Assembly: GCF_021028975.2 (NCBI RefSeq)
Contig: NC_059438.1
Coordinates: forward strand, 186,001-250,000
Direction: 5' to 3'
DNA: 64,000 nucleotides
DNA from: Sphaerodactylus townsendi
Lineage: Eukaryota
The stretch's first letter is position 1, and each line of letters begins with the position of its first letter. Below are positions 20,201-32,618 of this stretch, piece after piece. The notes under the pieces were generated by a model. It was not told where the DNA came from. It made no database searches and worked only from the letters and a program-made list of their open reading frames with translations. The translations under genes and the position numbers were made by a program.

Positions 20201-23200
20201 GAAAAGGTAGAAAGGCCTTGTTGCACATACAGACAATTTAATTTTGGCCACGAAAGCAAGCATAAGATGTAATACATGCAAGCTACTTGTTCTACATTCT
20301 GAAATAATTTTATTTCTAATAACAATCAAAGTAGTAAGAACGATATTTAGGTTCTCTGTACCTGTATTTGGTATTTGCTGTGTCACATTTTTAACAACAA
20401 GATCTGGTTGCGTGAACAAACATTCACTGAAACTAACATAAAAAGCACATAGTTGAATCCTGTTCTTTAATACATCACAAAATCCATCAGATCCCTTACT
20501 GCATAGTGGGGAAAAGCACTAGCTGTTATGTCTGCTATTTTTATACATTTTAAAATAAATAAATGTGTAAATTATGCACTCTGATCTTTAAACAAATCTT
20601 TAAACAAACCCATCGGGGAATTATTAGACCAGGGTTCTCTGATGCCTGTAAACTGGTGTTTAAAGACACAGACTTTACTTGCCCACTGTAGGAATCAAAA
20701 AAGTACCAGCAGCAATTGTGTGAGCTGTATGCATTATAAAGCAGTCTAACAAAACATGAGATTTTATGTCCCTCACTCATTTACATCTACAGCTTTGAAA
20801 ACATTTGCCATTCTTCCTAGAAATTGCCAAGCTAGTTAACTAAATACAATTTAGGTATGCACCCAGCAATTTAAAACCCTCCACAGATTTCTATAAAAGA
20901 TGATAATTCTGACACTTGAGGTGCAGCAGTTAAGGAAGTTGTATGCTTCTGGATTAGAATATAGTCCTGAACGAATATGAGAATTATCATTCATTTTTTA
21001 CGCACTGCCTTTGTCAAAACCATTATTGAACATGATATTTTGATATAACAGCATTCATGCCAAGTTTTATTTTTGCTTTCAGAGAGATGGGGGAAGCAGG
21101 GCTAGGTAGGCACTAGGGCTCAGGCAGAGCATTCAACAAAAAGAAGGTCCTGCATGCTTTGTTCTGTGGCCGAGGAATATACTATCTATTATGATCTTTA
21201 TGTGGAACAGAATATAGTTAATAATACTGTATTAACATTTCATGTGATAATCTGAGCTACATTTTACAATTTAAAAGTAACAATGTAGCCTTGTATTTAA
21301 AATTGAAGGTACAGTACCTTAACTGAATATCAGATTTATCAGATTGAAAAACTGTGGTTTTATTTGCAATAGAGACTTCTTTTATGCTGGCCGTTTCCTT
21401 TTTACCAATTGAATGAAGATTATGGTGGTCATTTTGAATGAGTGTGGTGTTGACTGGATTCCTTTTGATAGCCTTTAACTGTTCATTCTTGGATGATTCA
21501 TTTACACGTTTAGTAGCAGTCAGTTCACCCAATACCGAATTTAGCACTGGTTGGTTCTTTTTTGTACATTTTGTGTCTCTACTAGAGCTTTGACCACTAG
21601 TGATTATTCTAAGGTGCTTCGATGTAGTCTGTGTAACATCTTCAGGAGAAATGTCATTATAACCATCAGTAAATATCTGTCTCCTCACTTTTTCCTACAT
21701 TTAAAAAAGAAATCAGTTTGAGGATATACAGCATGCACACAAATAAAACATACTTTCCCCCAAAGGATTAGAAAGGCTAGGCCAAGATAAACAGGCGACT
21801 AAAGGACTAACAATTCACTCAGACAGCACTTTCATACAACCCTGTCTTTTTCCTCAGATTTTGACAGAGGCCCTTTCCCCACTTACCTTAAACCCCGCGC
21901 TACTCTCCTAAAGTAGCGCGGGGTCCAGCTGCACTCCCCACTTCAAGGGCAGCAAGAACGCAGCAGCCCTGACGCTGCCTCTCTCGCGCCCCCTCAGCGC
22001 GCGGCATCCCAGGCGCTCTTCTTAAGGGCGCCTTTTGATGACCCCGCGGAGAGTGCGGGGTCGTGGGGACGCCCGGGCGCACGCCTGGGATGCCGCACGC
22101 TGAGAGCAGCTTGCGGCATAGGGGAGATGGAAGAGAGTGGGGAAAGGCCCAGAATTCCCTAGTTACTACACTTTAAAAAGCCCAACCTCTTGATGTTCAT
22201 TTTCAAGCTGTTGAATGCGATGTAGAATCTGTTTTGCTTTCACCCTGTAGTCTTCAATAGTCTCTTCTCTGTGCTGCAGGTCTGCCTTCAAATGTCCTGC
22301 ATCCTCCCTGCTTGAGGAATTCTCACTTAGTTTCACTGACAATTTCTCAGCTTTTTGGAAAAGAATAAAAATTCATTATTTGGATCAATAAAAACAGAGA
22401 AATATATATTTAGTACTATAAAGGCTCAGGGCCATTTCATGGCAATTTTGGCCTTGTTTCTTTGCAGTATCAAGAGAAGATACTTTAGAAAAGTGGTTCA
22501 TGTGTGTTCTCTCTTCTGTTTCAGTGCCAGGAAAGCTGCAAGCAAAGTTGGCCATCAACAATTAGATCTTTTCCACATGGAAAACTCTCCCCAGTTCGAT
22601 ACAGTTGGGAAACAGGGCCCCCCACCCCCATCCCCACTGCTTCCACATAGCATCATGGTACATTCCCCAGCCTTTTCTCACTCTTCCAAACTAGCTTTAT
22701 TATGAAATTTTGGAAAATATTGCTTCAAGGCTAGATTGCTGCCATGTGGATGGGAAATTTCAGATTTTCCCATTTCCACCCACAGGACAGCCATTTTCCT
22801 TGCAGAGGACTCTGAGACACAGAGGACTCTGAGGCAGAACCTGAGGACACAGTGCAGCAAGAGTTGGCTGCTCCTGAGGAAGACCAGGCAGTAGAGCCAA
22901 CACCCAGCGTTTCCCTGCCTGATGACATTCAGATCCTCTTAGGGAACCCAGTGATGAGCCAGCTGTGCATAGGAGGCAGAAGCAGAGGCTGCTACTGCAG
23001 AAGCAAAGGAGGAGTGCTCGTTTGGCAGTAAGATATGGGAGATTAGAAGTCTCTGCATCTGATGAGGATTAACTTCTTGCAGAATCCCAGCCCCTTGAAC
23101 AAGGCTCTCTATTATATAAGTGTTGCTGTGAGCTTGCTTCTGCCTGGGGGCAACAAGCATGTTACCTATTGCCACCATGTGCCTGGTTCTTCGTTGATTC

Positions 23201-26200
23201 CCAGCCTGCTTCTCAGTTCTCCCGTATCATGACCCTTGGACTGTGATTTGACAATGCCTTGCCTGCTGCCTGCCTTGACCTATTGGACTGTGACCTGACT
23301 ACTCCTTGCCTGCCACCTGCCCTGACTCATTGGACTATGATCTGACGATGCTTGTGCTTGCCGCCCATTTGGCCCTGCGGGGTCAGACTTAGCCATGCCC
23401 CTGCCTGCTGGCAGCACATCTCATTTTTTACAAAAGTAGAAGAGGATAAGTACAGTGTAATCTGCGAGTAATAAATTTGTTAATTGGTGTATTTTCAGTA
23501 AATGGAGAAGGGGAAATACCTAGGCCCTGGGTATTCCACTGCCCCAAGCACAGTGGTATTGGTTCAGGTCTGGAGATGATAATGCCATGCCTGTTCCTTC
23601 CTCTCATGCTGCCATCCAGGTGCAAGACAAGCCCCTTCAAAGTCGCTGGAGCTCAATTTGAACTTCAGCAGCAAAGAATCTCACTGGATGGGAGAAGGCA
23701 AGGCCAAGCCTCAGACAGAGAAAGAACCAACCATCTTCCAATCTATAAAGCCTAGTCAATTGAAAGCAGTTCTTACTCATCACAGGTAGACAGGCAAGAA
23801 AAGTATACAAGTCTGCCCTAAAAATATCTTTTAAAACAGAAATGAAAGAAACAGCAGTCTTACTGATACGTTTGCAGTTCTGAAGCACAAAGGTTGCAGC
23901 CTTGTTTAGTTCTTCGTCCTGTGATTCAGTTAGAGCCTGAATCATGAGTGGAAGGCCGTTGTTCTGAACCAGAACATACTGATTCTCCTCTAAAAAAAAC
24001 AACACCGTTACAGCCAGTAAAATATCTACTCTGTTCAATCAATAGCATGCTATTGTATGAGCTCATTTACTGAGAAAATTGTTCAATGCATCAAAATATT
24101 GACTTTTTATTAGCAAGTGTATGTCAAGGAAATATTATTTATCAGAAGCCAAATCTGATTCTCAAAAGCCTCAAATTGCCTTTTTTGAGCCTCATATTGT
24201 GTAATGTTGTTATGATTGTTGCAACAGCAACTAATTTTAGATCACTTACTACAACAATTTGTAAGATACAGATCTTTTAAAATTTACAGAATATGCTGTT
24301 ATGGATCATGGCAAACCAGAAATAAAATTGAATTAACTGAATGTTACAATTGGAAGGGCAAAATGATGTTTTTCCTTGGTAGGAAACTCCCTTAGATAAA
24401 ACATTCATAAAATAAATATGAATCCTACCGCAACCATCTGTACAGTGTCCAAGGGTAAGTATAATGCTGAATTTTTCTCTTGAATTGATCATGCTGTAAG
24501 AAAGCAATGTCAGTAGATTCGGCACTATGTTATATCTTGCCAAGGCGGCTCCAATTGCATCTATGGGTACAAAATAATTTAGAGAGAAAAATCCATTATG
24601 CATGGAACACAGTGAGACCACCTTAGAAGCTTTATCTTAATATTTGCAGTGATAAGAGTGGGTGCAGACGGGAAGACCCAGCCTCAGCTCAGGGGCAGCA
24701 GATATGGAGGGCAGTAATGGGGGGCAGATGTGGATGGCGCACTTTGGGTACTTGCCCCAGGTGCCATTTTCAGCTGGTACATCACTGGGTATTTAATGAT
24801 ATTGGGCTCTGTTCACTCACAATTATCAGCAATACAGGCATCCAGGGTCTTTGTCACCGCTACTGCTAGTTTTGTGCTTGACAAATTTCCTGATGAATTG
24901 TATATCAGTTTGGCAAGAAGTTCATCCAGCACAGCTAATCCACCAATGGAAGCAAAAAACTGTTGTAATCTTGCTTGAAGAAGAAAAAATAAATATGACA
25001 GTTACTAAACATGCTTTACTCAGAGTTCCCGAAAAGTCACTAATGTCCAGGTATCACCTCAGTCAAATGCTTTTTTTGTGTGCAAAATTCTTAGGAGAAT
25101 TACTGCTATCATTCTCTTAACATTGTATTTTTCTTAAAAATAAAAACTAGTCAACAACCAAAAATAAAAGCACCTTCCCTCACAAATAATCACAATACTA
25201 GCAAGTTTATAAAGCAAAACCTCAACATGCTTTCAAGAGCCCCTTCTGCACACGCAAAATAATGCGTTTTCAAACCACTTTCACAATTGTTTGAAAGTGG
25301 ATTTTGCCATTCCGCACAGCTTCAAAGAGCACTGAAAGCAGTTTGAAAGTGTATTATTCTGCATGTGCGGAATGAGCCAAGGTGTCTTAAGAATATAAGA
25401 AGAGTCCTGCTGGATCAGACCTGTGACTTATCTAGCCCAGCACCTTGTTTCATGCAGCGGCCAACTAGTTTCTCTAAAGGGACAAGCAAAGGGCATAGGT
25501 CTTCCCCTGATGTTAGCACTGCTAGTGAAATGTTTTTGCTTGTTACCATAGTATAATTTTTGTAGAAGCATCATAAATAAAGCCAGAAGAGGGATGATGT
25601 GCCAGCTCACTTGGGTAGTTGCGCTAATTCAAACTGAGCACTAATTCGGTTCTGACCACCAAGTTCAGTACTGGATAGCTAAATTAGAGGATCTTTGGTG
25701 AGCAACTGCCAATCAGTCTAAACAACAGTAAGTTAAATGGATCAGTGTTCCAGGTTGGTGCAAGAGAGCAATACATGTTCATACATTCTCTGGCACTGAG
25801 AACACTTCCCTTCCTCTCCTGATTGTAGTACTCAATTCCATTATGACTTCGAAAATCACAAAGGTAGGGTACCACTTTTCTGTGCTCCGGTTCCAGGAGA
25901 TGAAGAACACCTGAGACAGCAAAAGTTATCCTATCTCCAACTAAAGGACTTGCGCTCTTCACTATTACTCAGTGAAACTTGGTTCCATAAAATATAATGC
26001 GATCATACAGTATTAGATACTTACAATTATTGGCAACGGTGAGCCCAATGAATGAACAAATTGGGCGAACGATCTCAGGTTTTATACAACGTTGCAGGCA
26101 GTCTTTTGCATATGGAAAAACCAAACTGCAGCTTTTTTGATTGTCCTCTGTAGGTGATGAAGCAATATGACTTAAAATTTAAATTGAAAACAGCAGTTTC

Positions 26201-29030
26201 CTTTTTATTTTATGTAATTACACAAACAATGAAAGCAACAGTGATTACCATTCTGGGGGTTATTGACACATGCACAGAGAGCACTGCAAACTGAAGTCCA
26301 CAGCTGATAGCACTGGTTAATATTATGATCTGACACGTTCACCTCAGTCACTGAAAGAGTTGTTCTATTAAGAAAGAAGACAAACTGTGAAAATGGCATG
26401 TTAAAACATCATTGTTCATACTTAACTGCAATAGCTTAGCTTGCTTGCTTACCTGAATAATTCTAGTAAAATGTCAAGGCAACCACATTCTCTCACATAC
26501 GTTTGCCCACTCTCTGTGAAAGAACGAAATATTGGTGTGTAATAAAATATTTCAATTATTAGGTAGCAAATAAACTCTGCAGTTTTTGGAACATTTCACA
26601 CATTCTGTATGATACTGAATGTAAATTCTAAGTGGAGTAGCAGCTAAATGTACAGCATCTTCAGTGTATGTCTAAAAGGCGTAGAACATGAAACAGACCA
26701 TGTTTTCTAGACTTAATCAGTGACACAAAGCCTAAAGATACAAAACCAACATGGTATAAACTATCAATTGTTTAATCCCTTGTGGTTTCTAGTTCTGATT
26801 CTTTCGCTTGGTGAATATTTGACGCTACATTTCATATCTCCAAAATTCAATGGAGCTGGAATTATGCAAATTATAGTACCAGAGTCCAACTGACCTAAGA
26901 CTGTTTAAGGTTGCAATCCTAAATACAGAGATTAGAAAATAAATCCCACTGTACTGTAAGTCTTTTCTAAGTAGCAACCATTGTGATTTAAATTGTGCAT
27001 ACGCACAAGTGTAAGGAAAGACTTACTGTTATTTGACACAAGTACTAACAAGACATAAACAGACACTCTTTTCAAATTCACACTGGAATTCCTCTGCGTT
27101 AGAAATGTACGGAGGTCTTCAAATAATCCAGAAGTACACAGAATCTCCTGACAAAACACTGAAACAACACAAATATTCCTTTGAACACTATACAATGAAT
27201 TTTCTTACATTAATACAACAGAGCCTTTTAACTGCTGATTTTTAAAAAGAAGTCTAAAGTAGAGACTTGGTACGAACAGTAAAAAGGAGATACAAAGTAA
27301 ATCATAAGTTAAATTCCCAGACCTCTCTTTATACACACAATAGGTTGTTATGAAGCTGAAAAAAAATCATATATCTCTGAATGAAGTCTTCAGAATAATG
27401 TGTATATGTTTTTATTTGAGGTATAAAAGGTTTCAAAACCCCCCAACAAACTTAGAAAGTGGTTCAAGAACGCCAAAAATCTAAAGGTAACCTATAGGAC
27501 AGGTAGAGGTACAGCATACCCCTTTTATGTATTTTGGGTCAAACTTAAAATATTGTGGAGTTGCTATCACTGTACATTCCTGGACAATTATTCTACACAA
27601 ATTGATGTTCTGCACACTACTGATAATGAATCAACTATCTTTCACCAAGATTGCCCCAATTACAGATAATTCTCAGGTAATAAGAGCTTTAATTGAACCA
27701 AGATTCTTGAATCAGATATTTTGTAAATTATTAAATACATTAAACATGACATATCTTTTTCAGGCGGATTCTGCGTGGGCCAAAAACAGCGGTGTGAAAA
27801 CGGTGTAAACTCTTTCATGCTGTTTTAAACCATTTTACACCATTTTCACATCAGTTTTTGGCCCATGCGGAATCCACCTCAGAAAGGCGCAAAGAAGCAA
27901 AATAAAAAAAATTAAGGTACATATACCCAGAAGTACATTCAACTGAATTCTTTAGTAAATGTCCTTAGGACTGTAGCCACATCAACTTAAAGATATTACG
28001 ATACATATGGGAATAAGGTTATATCTTACCACTGGTCTCAGCTAAACCTCCTAAAGTAAATAAGGCAGCTTCTTTTACTATGCTGTACACACTCGACTTT
28101 ACCAGGTTATTTACAAACATCAGACCACCTATTTCACGAAAATAATCACTAGCATCATCTGTTGAAAAAAACAGAAACAATAAACGATACTCTGCATAAA
28201 GAAATAAATCACTTCCACCTGGGAACCAATCAAGAAGCAACTTCTAAAATTGTAAAGCAAAATTTTATCCTACTGTTTTGGTGGCAAACTGAATAGACAG
28301 TAACCAAGGCTTCCTTTTGAGAAATAGGCTGGTCCATCTGATACTTAAGACATTCAAGGAGTAAATTCAGGTCAGTTTTCATCTCTGTAAGGATAAAGCA
28401 AGTAGATTTCAGAATTATAATACAACATTTTATTTTTTTTATTAGGGCAGCAGAGTGGTTAGGGTGATGAATCAGATCTGGGGGATATTCAAATTGAAAT
28501 CGCCACTCTGCATGAATCTTGCTGTCTGACCTTGGGCCAGTCACTTTTTCTCAGAAGAACATAAGAGCCCTGCTGGTTCAGACCAGTGGTCCATCAGCAT
28601 CTCATCTCACACAGTGGCCAACCAGTTTCTGTGGAGAATTAACAGCAGGGCACAGAGGTCATGGCCATCCACAGATATTGCTTAATCTACCTCAAAGGGT
28701 TGTTGTTGGGAAGATAAAATGGAGAGAATTATCTACATTCTAAGTACCCTGGAAGAAGGTGAAATAAAAATGTACAATAAATATCTTTAAATAGCTAGTT
28801 AATGAATACCCAGTTGAGAACTCCACCCCTTTGAGAATACAGGGCCTTGGATTCCCCCCCACCCTTTCCATTGTCAAAAGGTATCTCCACCAGCAGAGCT
28901 GACCTTTCTTGCCTCTCCTTTCCTTACTGAAGCCCAAAATCACTCCTGAAATTTTGCTCCTGGGGCGGGGGACCCCACCCCTCATGAACAAGCCTTGGGG
29001 AAACAAGAGGTTTCAGCTGCAAAGCTCCAA

Positions 29031-29081
<51 letters not shown>

Positions 29082-29804
29082 GAGAGTTAAATATATAACA
29101 ATTACACTATATTATAGTTAGTTAAATATATAACAATTCAATATATATTGTTGAAGATTTTCACAGCCGGAATCACTGGGGTGTTGTGTGGTTTCCGGGC
29201 TGTATGGCCGTGTTCTAGCAGCATGATGTTTCGCCTGCATCTGTGGCTGGCATCTTCAGAGGATCTCTGAAGATGCCAGCCACAGATGAAGGCGAAACAT
29301 CATGCTGCTAGAACATGGCCATACAGCCCGGAAACTACACAACACCCCAATTCAATATATAATTAAACATATAACAATTATACCATATTACCAATAAAAA
29401 CTAAAATACAATATGCGTTTAAATAAAACTATTTTATTAAACATTACTAGTAGCTATGTTTATTTATTTATTCTGTTTCCCACTGTTCAGCATCTTTGGC
29501 TCCCAAAGTAGTTTACAGTGACAATATGCCACTAAAATAGAGGTTCTTTCCATTCATAGACCACTAGAGCTTTGTTCCCCATCAGAAGATCCACAAAATT
29601 GTGATTAGGCAAAACCATGACATTAATACTAGGAATGTAATCACTATCATTTCATACAACAAAAATTGGACATATCTCATCTTAAAGAGATACCTGTCCT
29701 AGCTCTTGTTAGAAAATCCAACTGAAGCAACAAAAAGTAAACTGATAGGCATTAAAAATAATTTTATCAGCCTTACCACATTGTCTGTTTTTGGTATTTT
29801 CCAT
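14229..29804 (-). CDS. TERB1: Telomere repeats-binding bouquet formation protein 1 (ARM repeats, coiled coil, C-terminal Myb domain)
   Basis: Exons: 29804-29777 (MENTKNRQC), 28384-28274 (EMKTDLNLLLECLKYQMD), 28158-28030, 27158-27027, 26513-26453, 26364-26249, 26147-26025, 24973-24821, 24560-24429, 23989-23864, 22350-22187, 21694-21318, 20426-20362, 19912-19817, 18301-18131, [uncertain exons within 18026-17384], 16318-16109 (Myb: RRIRKDFTSEEINYLLDGVKKKGHHWNSILWAYPF), putative last exon 14255-14229. Phases are continuous down to 18131. Confidence 0.93.
14707..15205. mobile_element. GC-rich PIF/Harbinger-like MITE
   Basis: GGCC...TTCCGCAC termini; internal identity with 53484-53913; TSD not preserved. 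Confidence 0.65.
15745..16038 (+). mobile_element. tRNA-derived SINE (Squam3-like)
   Basis: Same family as 51750-52042. Confidence 0.8.
17384..17524 (-). CDS. TERB1: Probable TERB1 exon upstream of the Myb exon (VTNNILIKIADLQAKH...YSFDDE)
   Basis: 141-nt open frame, cattag acceptor, GAG|gtatgt donor, phase 0 matching the Myb exon acceptor; acceptor position uncertain. Confidence 0.55.
18567..19599. mobile_element. ~1-kb non-autonomous hAT-like element nested in a SINE
   Basis: TIR CAGGGGCGTTCCT / AGGAACGCCTCTG; 8-bp TSD GAGAGACC/GGGAGACC (1 mismatch); SINE halves on both flanks (~18530-18566, 19600-19790). Confidence 0.8.
21869..22150. mobile_element. PIF/Harbinger-like MITE
   Basis: TIR GGCCCTTTCCCCACT; 3-bp TSD AGA; sister copy at 63329-63610. 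Confidence 0.8.
22801..23418 (+). mobile_element. LTR-like segment
   Basis: TATAA near 23114, 3-4 tandem ~37-bp units (ttggactgtga...tgcc), ends in CA; no clean TSD found. Confidence 0.4.
25238..25378. mobile_element. ~140-bp Harbinger-like MITE
   Basis: Near-identical to 42667-42807 and 43707-43847; TSD AAG. Confidence 0.85.
27763..27878. mobile_element. Short Harbinger-like MITE
   Basis: TIR ggcggattctgcgtgggccaaaaac / gtttttggcccatgcggaatccacc; TSD TCA. Confidence 0.75.
29031..29085. repeat. (CT)n(CA)n microsatellite
   Basis: Directly visible. Confidence 0.9.
29148..29347. mobile_element. Palindromic Penelope-like-derived short element
   Basis: ~85-bp inverted arms centred near 29263; 14-bp TSD CAATTCAATATATA; hammerhead-like core on each strand. 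Confidence 0.75.
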
Positions 29805-30629
29805 TTTGCAACTTGACAGCGCAATTTATCTTAACCTTTGTAAAAAGGGGGGGAGGGGTTCATCATTTCCATTATGAAAGCAGAAATTTAAAAAAAACCT
29901 TTAAAATATTACATTTAATAAAAGCTGACTTTCATAGTAATTTCCTTTCTTGGAACTCACGATACAAAGCCATGTAGGGGTGAAACATAACCCTCAACAA
30001 CCTTAAAGGGTTGTTGTGAAGATAAAAATTGAGAACACAGGTTAAGTTCAGCAACACTTTCAGTTCTGCACTTCTCCACAAAACACCATGCCCCCCCTCC
30101 CACCAGATTTCACAGTGTAAACCTTTGGGAGCGTTAACTCGCAGATGCTTGTACCTCTGCAAAATTTTTGCTGGTTTGCAAGGTGCTCCTGGACTTGAAT
30201 TTTATTCTTAACCTGCCTGAAACTCTTAATGGAGGTCACATAAGGTTGCCAACTTGGGAAATACTTGGGAGACCTGGGGAGGGAGCTTGGGAAAAGTAGG
30301 GTTCAGAGGGGGGACCTCAGCAGGATGTAAAGCCATGGAAACCACCCTCCAAAGCAGCCATTTTTTCCCTGGGGAAGTGATCTTTGTGACCTGGAGGCGT
30401 TGCAACAGCAGATCTCCAGCTCCCACCTGGAGGCTGGCAACCCTTATTGCCACCTGAGCTCCTTGGAGGAAAAGAAAAATAAATATCCACTAGATCACAA
30501 TAATATCTAAGCTCCCCATACAAACTAATCCCTCCTTCTATGAACAGCTCCATGAAAAGATGGGAAAAGATGGGATTTAATTTTGGAGCATCCCAAACAG
30601 GCTGTACAGTCACAGCTGGTCAGGGAAGG

Positions 30630-30920
30630 AGACCTTACTTTGCATGGAAACTTCCTTTGGGGCTGAAAGAAAAGGCTGCATCCAACCCAGATCTGTTTTA
30701 CCACATTGCTGAAGTGATTGAGACTGAGAACTCACCGGCGGCCATCTTCCCATTCAAATAAAGGAGTCTCAGAGAAAAGAGGAAACCGTTTTAGCTCAGC
30801 AGAGAAGGAAAGGCCAACAGGGCCTCTGACTTTTGTTCCCTCATCTGAGAGGATGACTTCGCTCGACTTCCATCACTCTCCTCTCCTCTCCTCCCGCCCC
30901 ATCGCCCCACTAAAGCCTTG
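30630..30920 (-). promoter_or_regulatory. Candidate TERB1 promoter / non-coding first exon
   Basis: The first coding exon has an upstream acceptor (exon start 29835), so a 5' UTR exon is needed. Donor-like CCG|gtgagt at 30736 and AA|gtaagg near 30638; YY1-like, MYB-like (AACCGTT 30784-30790) and E2F6-like (TCCCGCC 30892-30898) motifs. Confidence 0.5.
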
Positions 30921-32618
30921 TCCTAATTACATATTATTCTTTAAAATTCATTTTAAATAGGTTTTCCTTGACTCCTGCTGGGCTTGGGCTGGGGGACCCC
31001 TCATGGAACTACAATCCGCGAATCCTTTCAAGAAGGACAAAATCAATATAAATTGTGCAAAGGGATGTGTCTAGGAATTTCCCTCAGTTCTCCAACACCC
31101 TGGGCCTATGAAGGACTTAAGAGGCTAATACCTTTAAAAAACATGTTTACATTTTGCGCGTGTAACCCATGCCATGTCACTATTTGTATGTGCAGCTGGT
31201 AAGCTTGCTTACATGTTATCAACTGCAAGGGCCCCACCCTCCACAGTTGATCTGGCCTGCAACAGAAGGAAGGCCTACAGCTCAATTGAGGGAATTGCTA
31301 ATTTTTTTTTTACAGGTATGTGGTGGGCCCAATAAGAGAGAAAAGTATATTAGAATTTTCCCAATGTAACGGAAGGGTGCATTAGTTTGCTACTTCTGTT
31401 ATCCACCTCAGTTGATCTGGCCTGCAATAGGAGAAGGCAGGCCCACAGTTCAATTGAGGGAATTGCTTATTTTTTAATAGGCCCAAGTTGAAGAAAGACC
31501 TGCACCAGCTACACTCTATGCAGACAAACAGATGGGCTAAAGAAGCCCTGCATTACTAATTGTTTGGACTTTCTTGCTTTTCTTTATTTACTGTGCACTG
31601 TTTGTAGTTGCAACTGTTTTAAAGGCACTGAAGATTTTGTATAAATGAGTTGTGCTACATATATCTTCACTATTATTTATCCCTAAATGATAGAAAGTTG
31701 TTGTATTTAAATTAAAGGTTTGTTAATTTGTTGAAGCAATTTCATATTTGTTTGACAAGCCACAGGGTGCTGTCGTTATATTAACTTTTAAATTTTCCTA
31801 GATCTCCGATGGAGATTGATGTGCATTGACTTATAAAAATGGTAGACAAAGAATCAGGTTTGTGGTGAAGCTTATGTGGTGATTTTAAGCCAGTCCTTCC
31901 ACACAGGGTTGAGAGAATAACAAAAGGCAGTGGGCCGGTGTATGCCCCCTAAGGGAGGGCAGAGTCCACTGAATGTGGCTGTGAGTATGTGGTGGTCCAC
32001 TGTTTAAGTTTGGGTTGCATTGCTTTTTAAAGATCCCCAGTTTTTAAGGTCGAAAGTGCAAATGGGGACCTGGAAACCAGCCTCATCTGGAAGGGTAGGC
32101 CAGAAAGGAATTAGGTCTGTCCCACCATCAGGCATTTAAATAATAATTTAAGAGCATGTTTATTAATAATATTCCAAACTATATGGTGAATTAATGTATC
32201 TATCTGTGGACTCTGATACTTTTCACAATTTACCATCGAGATGGAAGAGAATGTCACATATTACTTGCTATACATGCTTCAAAATAGGTGTTTATTTGTC
32301 AAAGGAGCTTAGAAATTATTTCCTGAGTGATAACAGGCCAGCTACACATTAAAGTACTAGATCCTAAAAGAACAGAAGTGCTTACATTTAAAACAATATG
32401 AAGTTGACAGTGATTAACCTCTCTTATTGTTGACATTATTTTCCATGTTCCAGCCCATTTTAATAAAATTCGACATTAGATCCTTATTGCAATTGTAAAA
32501 TATTTTAATGAATGACAAAAAAAATACAAAGATGGGTAAGTTGGCAGAAAATATCCAAGGAGCAATACTTGACAGAACAAAATGCAACTGTGCCTTCATG
32601 CAATGTATCGTATTATGC

